From: an uncultured archaeon
Lineage (GTDB): Archaea; Asgardarchaeota; Heimdallarchaeia; Heimdallarchaeales; Heimdallarchaeaceae
Direction: 5' to 3'
DNA length: 46,033 nucleotides
Assembly: GCA_964549075.1 (NCBI GenBank)
Contig: CAZJUB010000008.1
Span: 23,077-69,109 of the forward strand
Made by a program: the position numbers and the translations under genes. Shown here in pieces: positions 17,248 through 27,386 of this stretch; within the stretch, counting starts at the first letter, position 1, and each line of letters starts with the position of its first letter. The notes beneath the pieces were generated by a model that was not told where the DNA came from, did no database searches, and saw nothing but the letters and a program-made list of their open reading frames with translations.

Positions 17248-20200
17248 GTGGATAAGAAAAAACAAGTATTCAAACCAGTTAAGACTTTACCTTCATTTTC
17301 TGATGAAGAAGAAAAAATATTAGAATTTTGGGAGAAAAATGATGTTTTCAAAAAATTAAGAGAGATGAGAAAGGGTAATCCACTCTTTCGTTGGTTGGAA
17401 GGTCCTCCAACTGCAAATGGTCTTCCTCACATTGGACATGCTTTAACAAGAGCTATCAAAGATGTATTCCTAAGACACAAGTCGATGCACGGATTTAATG
17501 TCGTTCCTTGGGTTGCAGGATGGGATTGTCACGGTCTTCCTGTAGAACTAGAAGTAGAGAGAACCCTTGGATTTACTGAAAAAAGTCAGATAGAGGAATT
17601 TGGTTTAAGTAAATTCAATGCAGAATGTAGAAAATCTGTTTTCAAATATGTAAAGGAATGGCAAGAAATGTCCAGACGCATAGGATTCTGGTTAGATTTT
17701 GAAAATAGATATGCCACATTAGATGAAAATTATATAGAAAGCGTTTGGTGGTCTATAAAGGAGATATATAACAAAGACTTACTTTATTTGGGATATAAAG
17801 TAGTGCCTTATTGTCCTAGATGCGGAACGCCTTTGTCTTCACATGAAGTTGGACAAGGAATGATGGAAACTACAGATCCTTCAGTATATGTAAAGTTCAA
17901 AGCTTTAAACTTTGAAGACACATATTATTTAGCATGGACAACAACTCCATGGACTTTGATATCCAATGTTTGTTTGACAGTTCACCCAGAAATTGATTAT
18001 GTACAAGTGGAATATAATGGAGAAAAACTTATCTTAGCTGAGTCAATAGCTAAAGAGCTTCTAGATGACTATAAGGTTTTACAGAAATTCAAAGGTAAAG
18101 ATCTTGAGTATAAAAAATATGAACAACTATTTCCATATATTATACCAAAAGAAGATGCATTCTATGTTACGTTAGCTGACTATGTTACAATTGATGAAGG
18201 TACTGGAATAGTTCATTCAGCTCCAGCATTTGGAGAAGATGATGCACAAATTGGAAAGAAATATGGTTTACCAGTAATGAATCCAGTTTTAGAAGATGGC
18301 ACATTTTCTAAGGAAATCAAGGATTTTGCCGGTTTGTTTGTCAAGGATGCAGATTCCAAGATAATGGAAAACTTGAAGAACAGAGGATTGCTTTTCAAAA
18401 AAGGAGTCTATAAACATACTTATCCATTTTGTTATAGATGTGATGGGCCTTTATTATACTATTCTACTGAAACTTGGTACATTGAAATGTCTAAACTGCG
18501 CAAAAATCTTGTTGCTAACAATGAACAGATAAGATGGCAACCAACTCACCTTAAACACGGGAGGTTCGGTAATTTCATAAGTGAAGCAAGAGATTGGGCT
18601 TTATCTCGAAATAGATATTGGGGTACACCTCTACCTATATGGATTTGTGAGAATAATCACTTAACTGTTGTAGGTAGCTTAAAAGAATTAAAAGAACTTT
18701 ATAGAAAACCTTTAACTGAGGATTTCAGTTTACATAGACCTTGGGTAGACGAAATTACATTTAATTGTCCAGAATGTCAAAAAACTAGTACAAGAGTACC
18801 TTATGTTATTGATTGTTGGTATGATGCTGGAAGTGCATCTTTTGCCCAATATCATTATCCCTTTGAGAATAAAGAACTTTTCCAGAAACACTTTCCATTT
18901 GATTTCATAACAGAAGCGATTGATCAAACAAGAGGTTGGTTCTATACACTATTAGCTATAAGCACTATACTTTTCGATAAACCAGCTTACAAAAATTGTT
19001 TATCAATGGGACATACGCTTGATGATAAAGGTAAAAAAATGAGTAAAAGTAAAGGGAATATGATAAGAGCAGATGATGTAATTCCAAAATACGGAGCAGA
19101 TGCAGTAAGGTGGTTCCTATATTCCTATCCTACTTGGAACAGTGTTCGAGTAGATCCAACACAAATTTATGAAACTATGAAGAAATTTATACTAACACTC
19201 TGGAATAGTTACAGTTTCTTTGTTTCTAATGCTAACGTAGATGGATTTAATACAACAACATTTGATGTCCCATTAAAAGAAAGGTCAGAACTTGATAAAT
19301 GGTTGATTAGCGAAGTAAATTACCTTTCAAAGTCTATTGATGATGCTCTTGATAATATGACTGTACATATAGCTGTTCAAGCTTTTGAAAACTTTGTTAT
19401 TGATAAATTCAGTAACTGGTATTTACGTCAATCTAGACGAAGATTTTGGAAAAATCAACTGGATCAAGATAAAAAATCAGCTTATATTACAACTTATGAA
19501 GTATTAAATATTCTTTCAAAGCTTTTAGCGCCATTTATACCATTCATAGCTGAACAAATGTACCAAAATCTTGTAAAAAGAATAGATTCAGATGCAGCTT
19601 TAAGCATACATCTCCTCTCATATCCAAAAATGGATAAAAATCAGATTGATTCACAGTTATCTACAGAAATGAATAAAGTACTTGCACTTGTAATCGCAGG
19701 AAGAAGTATAAGATCAGAAGCAAACATTAAACTTAGGCAACCACTTTCAGAGCTTATATTGATATCACCTTTAGGAGAGAAGGATTTGATATCAAGATAT
19801 GAAGAAGTATTCAAAGAAGAGCTTAATGTTAAACATGTTACCTTGAAGAAAAGTTCTGATGAATTGGTTAACTATGTCATAAAACCAAATTTCAAGGTTT
19901 TGGCTCCGAAGGTAAGATCAGCTGTAAAGGATATCAGTAACAAACTTGAGAATCTATCACCTGAAAAAACAAGAGAATATGTTGAACTCTTAGCTAAGGG
20001 AGAAGATATAAAACTTGATGTACAAGAAGAAGAATTCAAACTCTCTCCAGACGATGTGGAATACAGAATAGATGTTCAAGAAGGATTTTCTGGAGCAGAA
20101 TCAGAAGGATATCTGATTCTCTTCAATTCGACAATAACTGAAGATTTGAAGAAAGAAGGGTATATACGTGACATAATAAGAAGAGTTCAAACTATGAGAA

Positions 20201-20406
20201 AAGAGCTTGATTTAGAATACACACAGAACATAGAGCTTTCTATAGATGCAGATGTTTTTGGTTCTCAGGCAATTAGTGAATTTAAGGAATATATTAAAGA
20301 AGAAACCTTGGCTACAAAACTTTCTTTACAAAAACCAAAGAATGGATTGGTTAAAAATTGGGAATTTGATGATTTTAAGGTTATAATAGGTATTAATCCA
20401 TTATAA
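17248..20406 (+). CDS. ileS: Isoleucine--tRNA ligase (archaeal/eukaryotic type)
   Basis: EGPPTANGLPHIGH, GWDCHGLP, AWTTTPWTL, GTGIVH, DW.LSRNRYWGTP, KMSKS. GTG start. Confidence 0.97.
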   Translation: MDKKKQVFKPVKTLPSFSDEEEKILEFWEKNDVFKKLREMRKGNPLFRWLEGPPTANGLPHIGHALTRAIKDVFLRHKSMHGFNVVPWVAGWDCHGLPVELEVERTLGFTEKSQIEEFGLSKFNAECRKSVFKYVKEWQEMSRRIGFWLDFENRYATLDENYIESVWWSIKEIYNKDLLYLGYKVVPYCPRCGTPLSSHEVGQGMMETTDPSVYVKFKALNFEDTYYLAWTTTPWTLISNVCLTVHPEIDYVQVEYNGEKLILAESIAKELLDDYKVLQKFKGKDLEYKKYEQLFPYIIPKEDAFYVTLADYVTIDEGTGIVHSAPAFGEDDAQIGKKYGLPVMNPVLEDGTFSKEIKDFAGLFVKDADSKIMENLKNRGLLFKKGVYKHTYPFCYRCDGPLLYYSTETWYIEMSKLRKNLVANNEQIRWQPTHLKHGRFGNFISEARDWALSRNRYWGTPLPIWICENNHLTVVGSLKELKELYRKPLTEDFSLHRPWVDEITFNCPECQKTSTRVPYVIDCWYDAGSASFAQYHYPFENKELFQKHFPFDFITEAIDQTRGWFYTLLAISTILFDKPAYKNCLSMGHTLDDKGKKMSKSKGNMIRADDVIPKYGADAVRWFLYSYPTWNSVRVDPTQIYETMKKFILTLWNSYSFFVSNANVDGFNTTTFDVPLKERSELDKWLISEVNYLSKSIDDALDNMTVHIAVQAFENFVIDKFSNWYLRQSRRRFWKNQLDQDKKSAYITTYEVLNILSKLLAPFIPFIAEQMYQNLVKRIDSDAALSIHLLSYPKMDKNQIDSQLSTEMNKVLALVIAGRSIRSEANIKLRQPLSELILISPLGEKDLISRYEEVFKEELNVKHVTLKKSSDELVNYVIKPNFKVLAPKVRSAVKDISNKLENLSPEKTREYVELLAKGEDIKLDVQEEEFKLSPDDVEYRIDVQEGFSGAESEGYLILFNSTITEDLKKEGYIRDIIRRVQTMRKELDLEYTQNIELSIDADVFGSQAISEFKEYIKEETLATKLSLQKPKNGLVKNWEFDDFKVIIGINPL

Positions 20407-20480
20407 TCCAATCATTTTTCATTTTTCTTTTTCTACTCAAACAGAGTAATAAATAAAAACCAGATAATATAGATACTAAT

Positions 20481-20538
20481 TGGCGATGATTTAACCGTCC
20501 CAGTCAGATCTATGAAGAACTCACGACGAAATGAGCCA
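20481..20538 (+). ncRNA. Box C/D sRNA (predicted guide for LSU rRNA Gm2251-equivalent)
   Basis: Terminal TGGC/GCCA, box C GCGATGA, D' CAGA, C' ATGAAGA, D ATGA. Both guides complement conserved LSU rRNA sequence. Followed by a T tract. Confidence 0.8.
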
Positions 20539-20618
20539 CCATTTTTCATTAATTTCTAAAATATAGAAGAAAGTCTAAAAGCTAAAATCTTATTTAGTAT
20601 TCAATATTCGAGATAAAT

Positions 20619-22193
20619 GTGAGAAGCTCAGATACTAGCCATTTTACTGTCTTATATCATCAACCAGGTCATCTTAGACCTGTAAATATAATAAGAGAGA
20701 TTGGGGAATATGTTTTTACAGGAAGTCAAGACGGTAGAGTATGTATCTGGGATAACAAGATGCAAAGGGAGTTAGGTTGTATATATGCCCATAATGCACC
20801 AATTGTCGACATACAATGTACTACAGATGAAAAATATCTGATAACAGCTGCTCAAGAACTCATGCTTAAAATCTGGTTTATGAATAATTTTAATTTGGCG
20901 GATTCAGTAAAAGGCCATATTTCTACTATGATAGGAGCAAAAGGAGTAGAAAATCATATTATCAGTGCTAGTAAGGATTTGCAACTTAAAAAATGGGAAG
21001 TAATAGAAAATAAATTGAAACTAGTTACAAAGAAACGTGTCATCTCTATGGATAAAATTTTTGCAGATAAAAATAGACTATTAATTTCAGATACTGAAGG
21101 TGATAAAATCATTTTAAATTCTAATAATTTCAACCAAATTACATCTTTATTTGTAAATGATTCTAAGGTCTTGAGAGCCATTAGAAAAGCATCAAAATAC
21201 GTAGAGGAATTTGCGAAAAAGGATCCTCATGCACTTCTATTTAATATTTCTAGAAAGAATGGATTTCCCGTATTAGCTTTCAAAACAACTCCAGAATATT
21301 ATCTACTAGGGCACGAGTTTGGATTTGTATCAATCTGGAACAAAAAAACACTGAAGTTGTTTAAAGCTTTTTTTGTCCATGGCAAGCACATAACTGGTAT
21401 AGAGAAACACGGAGATTATCTCTTCTCAACTTCTCTTGATTCTTCTATTGCTAAATTTGATATTCAAAAACAGAGACCTATTAAAGTTATTAATTTACCC
21501 AACAGGCCTTATTCGTTGTTAAAAACGACTAGTAATGACTTAATAGTAGGTTTAGAAAGCGGAGATATTTTACTTTATAATACTAATCTAGAGATTAAAG
21601 GAAAACACAGAGGTATAAAATTAATTACAAGTGCAGAAATTACACCTTCCAAACTCGTTTTAGCTTATAATTCTGGAGAAATTAACTTAATTAATAATTC
21701 AAATTTAGAACTTATTTTAAGTAAGAAATTACATGAAAAACCCATTCTTGGTGTATTTTATTTCGAGAACAATATAATTTCTGTTGGTGATGATGGCAAA
21801 ATTCTGGTTTTGGATGAAAATCTTGAGATATTAAAAAGGATAGAGTTTTATGATAAAAAAACCACTGTTAGGAGGGTGAAACAATATATCACTTTGACAC
21901 CAAATCATGTTTTCGATTTAAGAAAAGAAGAAGTCATCAAAGGGGAGATTTCTAGTGCAACTGATAAGGAATTAAAAGAGATTGAAGCTTTTAAAGTATC
22001 TTTAATTAAAGGTGATGCTTTGATTAAGATTCAACAAGAGATTTTGAACAATGAATATACAGCAGACACAAAGAATTACCACACTCAAGAAATTATAGAT
22101 TCCCTACTAACACTATCTAAAGCTTCTGAAAAATCATATTATAAACAAACTTCTGATTTTACTGTGTTATCAAATGATATCATAAAACATTAA
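20619..22193 (+). CDS. WD40-repeat protein
   Basis: TGSQDGRVCIWD, AH..., ELMLKIW, GH...SASKDLQLKKWE, SVGDDGKI repeats. No signal peptide. Confidence 0.85.
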   Translation: MRSSDTSHFTVLYHQPGHLRPVNIIREIGEYVFTGSQDGRVCIWDNKMQRELGCIYAHNAPIVDIQCTTDEKYLITAAQELMLKIWFMNNFNLADSVKGHISTMIGAKGVENHIISASKDLQLKKWEVIENKLKLVTKKRVISMDKIFADKNRLLISDTEGDKIILNSNNFNQITSLFVNDSKVLRAIRKASKYVEEFAKKDPHALLFNISRKNGFPVLAFKTTPEYYLLGHEFGFVSIWNKKTLKLFKAFFVHGKHITGIEKHGDYLFSTSLDSSIAKFDIQKQRPIKVINLPNRPYSLLKTTSNDLIVGLESGDILLYNTNLEIKGKHRGIKLITSAEITPSKLVLAYNSGEINLINNSNLELILSKKLHEKPILGVFYFENNIISVGDDGKILVLDENLEILKRIEFYDKKTTVRRVKQYITLTPNHVFDLRKEEVIKGEISSATDKELKEIEAFKVSLIKGDALIKIQQEILNNEYTADTKNYHTQEIIDSLLTLSKASEKSYYKQTSDFTVLSNDIIKH

Positions 22194-22198
22194 AAAAA

Positions 22199-22690
22199 CT
22201 ATTTTTCTGTTTTTGGTTGATATTTCTCAAAAACAACATCAGATGAATCTAACCATCCTGAACGTAAAATCGGATCAGTATAATCTTCAATATAGACAAC
22301 ACGTTTTATTCCTGCATTTATTATTGCCATTGTACAATTTCCACAAGGTCGTGTTGTCGAATAAAGAGTTGTTCCTTCTGAACTAATACCTGCAGTTGCA
22401 GCTTGTAATATTGCATTAAGCTCCGCATGTACTGCTGGACATATCTCATTTTTTTCGCCTGACTCTTCGTAAAGCTTCGTGCAAGTATCTTTTGTGCAAT
22501 GGATGATTCCTCTTGGTACACCATTATACCCCGTCGAAATAATCTGATGTTTTTCATTTACTAAAACTGCTCCAACTTGCCTCCTGATGCAATTAGATCT
22601 AGTTTTCGCAATTTCAGCAATGTTCATGAAATATTCATCCCAAGATGGCCTAATTATTTTGTAAGGAATATCAGTATTTTGGTTAGTCAT
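22199..22690 (-). CDS. dCMP deaminase (ComEB family)
   Basis: RPSWDEYFM, RSNCIRRQVGA, TGYNG, HAE, PCGNC. Confidence 0.93.
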   Translation of the reverse strand: MTNQNTDIPYKIIRPSWDEYFMNIAEIAKTRSNCIRRQVGAVLVNEKHQIISTGYNGVPRGIIHCTKDTCTKLYEESGEKNEICPAVHAELNAILQAATAGISSEGTTLYSTTRPCGNCTMAIINAGIKRVVYIEDYTDPILRSGWLDSSDVVFEKYQPKTEK

Positions 22691-22735
22691 AATTAATCGT
22701 TTTCCTATTAAAATAGTTCAAATTAGAGTATAAAA

Positions 22736-23062
22736 TTATTTTGTGTTAAGTATTTTTTTAGCTTTGTTTATAGTTCCGCTAACATTCAGAACTTGGAATA
22801 ATATGGTATTTTCTTTAATTTTTGATATGAAAGCTAATACAGTAAGCAATTGAGGGAGAGAAGTATGAGAACAACGGACAATGCCAGTTTTTTCTGTTTT
22901 ATTATAATCTTCAAAATAAAGTCCAGAACCAGCTGATCCATATAGACCAAATAGTGTCTGATATGTTTGCCATATTGAATTTCTCACATTAAATTCTTCT
23001 AGTTCTTCAAGTTCTGAGATAATTCGAAAAACTACATATCTATCTCTTTTATAAGTCACCAT
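22736..23062 (-). CDS. rnp2: RNase P protein Pop5/Rpp14
   Basis: KRDRYVVF, LFGLYG, GIVRC.H, VSGTINKA. Adjacent to rpp30. Confidence 0.88.
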   Translation of the reverse strand: MVTYKRDRYVVFRIISELEELEEFNVRNSIWQTYQTLFGLYGSAGSGLYFEDYNKTEKTGIVRCSHTSLPQLLTVLAFISKIKENTILFQVLNVSGTINKAKKILNTK

Positions 23063-23065
23063 AAC

Positions 23066-23908
23066 TCAACCCTCACGTATTCCTTTAACAATATAGGATT
23101 TATGTAGTTTTGCAGCATTGTTAAAAATAACTTCAAGTTGTTTTTCGAAAACACTGTTTTTCGTTTTATTGTAAGAACAGTCAAGTAAACTCCCCAAGAG
23201 TCGCATCTGAGAACCAGATCTTAATTCTAAAGGTGATTTAGCCTTCATGGTAAATATAAAAGGAGCTTTAGTTGAGTTTATTATTTTCATTAATTTCTTT
23301 CCTTTTCTGAAAACCTCACTTATAGCCTTATCATCTGGAGCATTGATTAATGACGAGAGAACAATTTCAAATCGTTTATTATTTTGCTTCACCACAGAAC
23401 ATAATGATTGATCAATATATTCAGAATTATCAAGAATTTCTACAGTAATATAGTCTAATCTTTCGTCTTGAGCAGCCCATTTCAAAGTATTTTTGTTCTT
23501 GGAATATAAAGAGATTATATCGTACTGATTTCTAATCGAACTCAATTGTTTCTTAATTTTATCTACAGAATCCTCGCAAATTGTTTTGCGAGTTGTTACA
23601 ATAAATTTAAGCTCTTTATCTGAGTTAAGAAAATAAGAAATGTTCTTATTCAGTTTCTCTGAATCACCTTCTTGAAATTTGAATAAGTCATAAATCGAAA
23701 TTGGTGATATAAAAGTGAACTTTTCGGAAACAGCAGATTCTAAAAGCAATTTTCGTTTCTTTATACTCACAGCATCTAAAACAATTACAGATATGTTTAG
23801 TTTATTAGCAATTTCAAGATAATTATCAATCTGATCTAAATCATTCAAAGAGATATAATTTTCACATGTAAGAAAATTATTACCTTTGGAAATCTGTTTG
23901 TGTGACAT
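23066..23908 (-). CDS. rnp3: RNase P protein Rpp30 (divergent)
   Basis: KWAAQDERLD, RFEI, AKSPLELRS, C-terminal IVKGIR. Synteny with pop5. Confidence 0.78.
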   Translation of the reverse strand: MSHKQISKGNNFLTCENYISLNDLDQIDNYLEIANKLNISVIVLDAVSIKKRKLLLESAVSEKFTFISPISIYDLFKFQEGDSEKLNKNISYFLNSDKELKFIVTTRKTICEDSVDKIKKQLSSIRNQYDIISLYSKNKNTLKWAAQDERLDYITVEILDNSEYIDQSLCSVVKQNNKRFEIVLSSLINAPDDKAISEVFRKGKKLMKIINSTKAPFIFTMKAKSPLELRSGSQMRLLGSLLDCSYNKTKNSVFEKQLEVIFNNAAKLHKSYIVKGIREG

Positions 23909-24099
23909 ATTATATCTCCTTTAAGTATATTTTTTTTGAAAATCATCTTCAAAAATCTTCCTTATTTGGAGAAGCTTCTGTTGACAAAGAGACAAAAGTT
24001 AATAAAGTCGTCTTAAAAGTTTCAATAAAACATAGTAACGCTACTTTGTTTAAATAGATATTACAATTATTACCAATAAGATACAAGGAGAAACATAAG

Positions 24100-24621
24100 A
24101 TGGGTCTATACGAAAGAATTTGGAAAGACGAAAAAAATAGAACTCTTTTACTAAGTACCATTATTCTGTTAGCATCCTTAATTCTAGCGCTAGTTTTTGC
24201 TAGTTGGGAATATGGGACCGCACCAAAGTGGTTACAAGGGTTATATATTGAACAAATTTCAGGTGAGGCAGTCAGTTATAATGTTGGTCTTACTATTTTA
24301 ACTGGAGTTCTTGTATCGATATTCTACTTCTTCCTATTAATTGCTTTAGCTACATTAAGTGAAATTCGAGCAAACCTTCCTTCTTGGGGATCCTTTATTC
24401 TCCCTGTTATAGTCTCAATAAGCGCAACTTGGATAATAACATCCATCGGTTATAATGCTGCAGGAGTTTCTAACTATAATACTGCTATGCAATGGACAGT
24501 TTTTGGAATACTCATTGGTGTAATCTTTCTTTCAATCTTCTATATTTTCTTAACTGAACCAAAAGAGGACGAAGAAGAAAAGAAGATAGATAAGAAAAAT
24601 AAGACTAAGCAAAAAGCATAA
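24100..24621 (+). CDS. Four-TM membrane protein of unknown function
   Basis: Four hydrophobic segments and a charged C-terminal tail. Confidence 0.7.
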   Translation: MGLYERIWKDEKNRTLLLSTIILLASLILALVFASWEYGTAPKWLQGLYIEQISGEAVSYNVGLTILTGVLVSIFYFFLLIALATLSEIRANLPSWGSFILPVIVSISATWIITSIGYNAAGVSNYNTAMQWTVFGILIGVIFLSIFYIFLTEPKEDEEEKKIDKKNKTKQKA

Positions 24622-24648
24622 TTTTAGGGTTTTATCCTTAAATTATAT

Positions 24649-25056
24649 TTAGCTTGGACTCACTTCAGAAACGAGTTCTTCTAAGGATTTTGCACCTTCT
24701 TTTGAAATTTTCAAATTAATCTGATAAGAACTTTCAGATATGGTGTTTCCTCTAACAGATTTTTTTATACGTCTACCTTTTCTATTAACCTTATAACCTA
24801 TTCCACCTTTTAGAAAATATTTTCTTCTTCCAGAGCCTTGTATACTAGCTCTGTGTGGGAAACCATCTCTGTCAGATCCTCCTGTAATAATAAATTCCCA
24901 AGAAGGTAGACCAATTAGATTACCATCTACTTTGCTGCCAATCTTTAACCCAATAATTGAGTTTGCTTGGTTATCTCTGATGATTTTTGTGTGACATTTA
25001 CCTTTTTTGTCACCTATATTTAGTTTGAATTCAAGTTGTCCTGACTTTTGTGACAT
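24649..25056 (-). CDS. rps6e: 30S ribosomal protein eS6
   Basis: ITGGSDRDGFP, GRRIKKSVRGNTI, QINLK. Confidence 0.96.
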   Translation of the reverse strand: MSQKSGQLEFKLNIGDKKGKCHTKIIRDNQANSIIGLKIGSKVDGNLIGLPSWEFIITGGSDRDGFPHRASIQGSGRRKYFLKGGIGYKVNRKGRRIKKSVRGNTISESSYQINLKISKEGAKSLEELVSEVSPS

Positions 25057-25290
25057 TTTTTACACTCCATTGTTATAAGGTTCTATAAATTCGATTATTA
25101 TTCTATAGCCAATTGATTTATTTTTAACAGTTTTTATCATTAACTAAATGTGAGTACTAAAAATTATCTAAAAGTTTTTTAAAAAAAGACAGATTTCACT
25201 TTATTCAATTACCAAAATATGAGTAAGAATATTCAGCGAAGTTTAAATACTCAATAGCTAAAATATACTCTAACCAAGAAAGGTGCTGTT

Positions 25291-26238
25291 ATGTCTCCGC
25301 AACCGATCAACGTTACTACAAGTTCTGAGCCCTCACTTCCAAGATGTCCCGACTGTAACTCTACAAAATTAACTTTTGATTCTACAAGAGGAGAAGTAAG
25401 TTGTGGTAGCTGTGGTCTTGTAGTTGAAGACTCATATATTGATCAAACGGCAGAATGGAGAGCATACTCAAAAGAACAGCATGTTAAACGAGCTAGAACT
25501 GGAACACCAAAAAATCTTCTAACTTATGATCATTATGGTACATTAATTGATTATTCAAATAAAGATATTTTTGGTAACTCTTTATCTCCAGAAAAAGCTA
25601 GTCAGATGTTTAGACTTCGAACCTTACAAAGAAGAGCGGTTCTACAGTATGGAACTGAAAGGAATCTTCTTCGAGCTTTAAACGAAATTAAAAGAATTAG
25701 TAGTCAGTTAAATCTTACAATCAAAGTCAGAGAGACTGCTGCTATAATTTACAGAAAAATCTTAAAGACAGGTTTAGTTCGAGGTAGGTCAACAGAAGCA
25801 CTTGTATCTGCTGCATTATACCTGTCTTGTAGACTACACAAACAACCTGCTACGTTAGAAGATGTAGCAGATAAAACACGTCTCAGTAAAAAGAAACTAG
25901 CAAAAAATTTCAGATTGTTATTAAAGCATCTCGATTTAAAGATGCCTTTAGCAAGTCCTGAAAGTAGTATTGCAAAATTCGCATCACTATTGAATTTTCA
26001 CACAAAAATATTAAATGATGCACAAATCATTCTTTCTCAAGCAAAAGCAGCAAAAATAACTGCAGGTAAAAATCCAAATTCTTTAGCTGCTGCAGCGCTT
26101 TACATTGCTGCTCTGCAAAACAAAACAAAGTGTCCTCAAAATGAGATAGCTAGAATTTGTCAAATTACTGAAGTAACCTTAAGAAATAGATACAAAGAGT
26201 TCATACGTGTTTTGAACTTAAAAGTTAGTCTGAACTAA
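25291..26238 (+). CDS. tfb: Transcription initiation factor IIB (TFB)
   Basis: Zn ribbon CPDC...CGSCG, EWRAY, ERNL, RGRS, GKNP...AAA.LYIA, TEVTLRNRYKE. Confidence 0.95.
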   Translation: MSPQPINVTTSSEPSLPRCPDCNSTKLTFDSTRGEVSCGSCGLVVEDSYIDQTAEWRAYSKEQHVKRARTGTPKNLLTYDHYGTLIDYSNKDIFGNSLSPEKASQMFRLRTLQRRAVLQYGTERNLLRALNEIKRISSQLNLTIKVRETAAIIYRKILKTGLVRGRSTEALVSAALYLSCRLHKQPATLEDVADKTRLSKKKLAKNFRLLLKHLDLKMPLASPESSIAKFASLLNFHTKILNDAQIILSQAKAAKITAGKNPNSLAAAALYIAALQNKTKCPQNEIARICQITEVTLRNRYKEFIRVLNLKVSLN

Positions 26239-26239
26239 A

Positions 26240-26647
26240 TTACTTCGAGACTTTTTCAATTGTAATTCCTTTTACTTCTGCAATAGATTCTAGAATTTCT
26301 TTGATTTCATCTATATCTTTCGTTAGATCCTTTTCTTGCAGAAATCCTTCCCAGAAACACCTATTTTCTACTAAACAAAGACCTGTACTATAAATGACTT
26401 TAGTGGAAAATTCTGAAACTTTTGTCATTATTTTAGCAACAATCTCTGGTGTCAAGGGGTAAATTTGTATGCTCAATTGGTAAACATCTGAAACCACAGG
26501 AAAGAAATAAATTGCCCGAGCATTCATTGAATAAATACTAAGTATATTGCTGGATTTAGTTATTTCTGAAAGTGCAGTTTTCACTTGGTCCTCAACAACA
26601 ATATTTTCAGTCGAATTGTAAATAGATGAATAGGTTAGTTCTTCCAT
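26240..26647 (-). CDS. Hypothetical protein (possible ACT/ferredoxin-like fold)
   Basis: Fills the gap. ATG 26647 follows SD GGTGA. Alternating beta/alpha pattern with YSTGLC...C.WEG. Confidence 0.6.
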   Translation of the reverse strand: MEELTYSSIYNSTENIVVEDQVKTALSEITKSSNILSIYSMNARAIYFFPVVSDVYQLSIQIYPLTPEIVAKIMTKVSEFSTKVIYSTGLCLVENRCFWEGFLQEKDLTKDIDEIKEILESIAEVKGITIEKVSK

Positions 26648-26798
26648 TTTTTTCACCGGATTGAATTCTAAATGAATTAACCATCTTGTATATTTATTAG
26701 AATAATTGTACTAAATGCATTTAAATTCTTGCATTATCTAGATGAAAAATTATCCTTTAACCGAAAGAAACTAATAAACATCGGTTTTATTATGACCA

Positions 26799-27365
26799 AT
26801 GGAGACTTATTTTATAACCCACAATCCACATAAATTTGAAGAAGCTTCAGATTTAGCTAAAAGTTACAATTTAGCTGTCCATTGGAAGAATATAGAATAT
26901 GAAGAAATTCAAGAAAACACTCTTGAGACAATTGCACAAAAGAGCTGTGAAACGTTACTAGAGAGAAATGTAGAATTATCTGATATGAACTTTTTCCTTG
27001 AAGATGCAGGATTGTTTATCAATACACTAAATAGCTTTCCGGGACCTTATTCTTCTTATGTTTTCAAAACAATAGGAAATGATGGCATTTTAAAACTCAT
27101 GGAGGATATAGATGACAGAAAAGCACTTTTTAAATCAATTATCGCATTTTACTCCAATAATGAAATAAAATTGTATAGTGGAATAACAAAAGGAGAGATA
27201 ATTTTTTCTAAAAAAGGCAAAGGAGGATTTGGTTTTGATCCTATTTTTAAACCAGAAGACTGTAACCAGACCTTCGCAGAAATGACGCTAACAACCAAGA
27301 ATTTATATTCTCATCGTCAAAAGTCACTCCGTGAATTATTCACCTCGTTAACCGCCTTCGCTTAA
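26799..27365 (+). CDS. rdgB: Non-canonical purine NTP pyrophosphatase (RdgB/HAM1)
   Basis: THNPHK..E, EIQ, EDAGL, FPGPYS, GFGFDPIF, KN..SHR. Confidence 0.95.
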   Translation: METYFITHNPHKFEEASDLAKSYNLAVHWKNIEYEEIQENTLETIAQKSCETLLERNVELSDMNFFLEDAGLFINTLNSFPGPYSSYVFKTIGNDGILKLMEDIDDRKALFKSIIAFYSNNEIKLYSGITKGEIIFSKKGKGGFGFDPIFKPEDCNQTFAEMTLTTKNLYSHRQKSLRELFTSLTAFA

Positions 27366-27386
27366 AATGTAAAACTGGTGAAATAA

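Noticed and set aside
20511-20538. SECIS element (ATGA...GA)
   Set aside because: No flanking stems or in-frame TGA gene nearby. The C/D guide reading explains the sequence much better.
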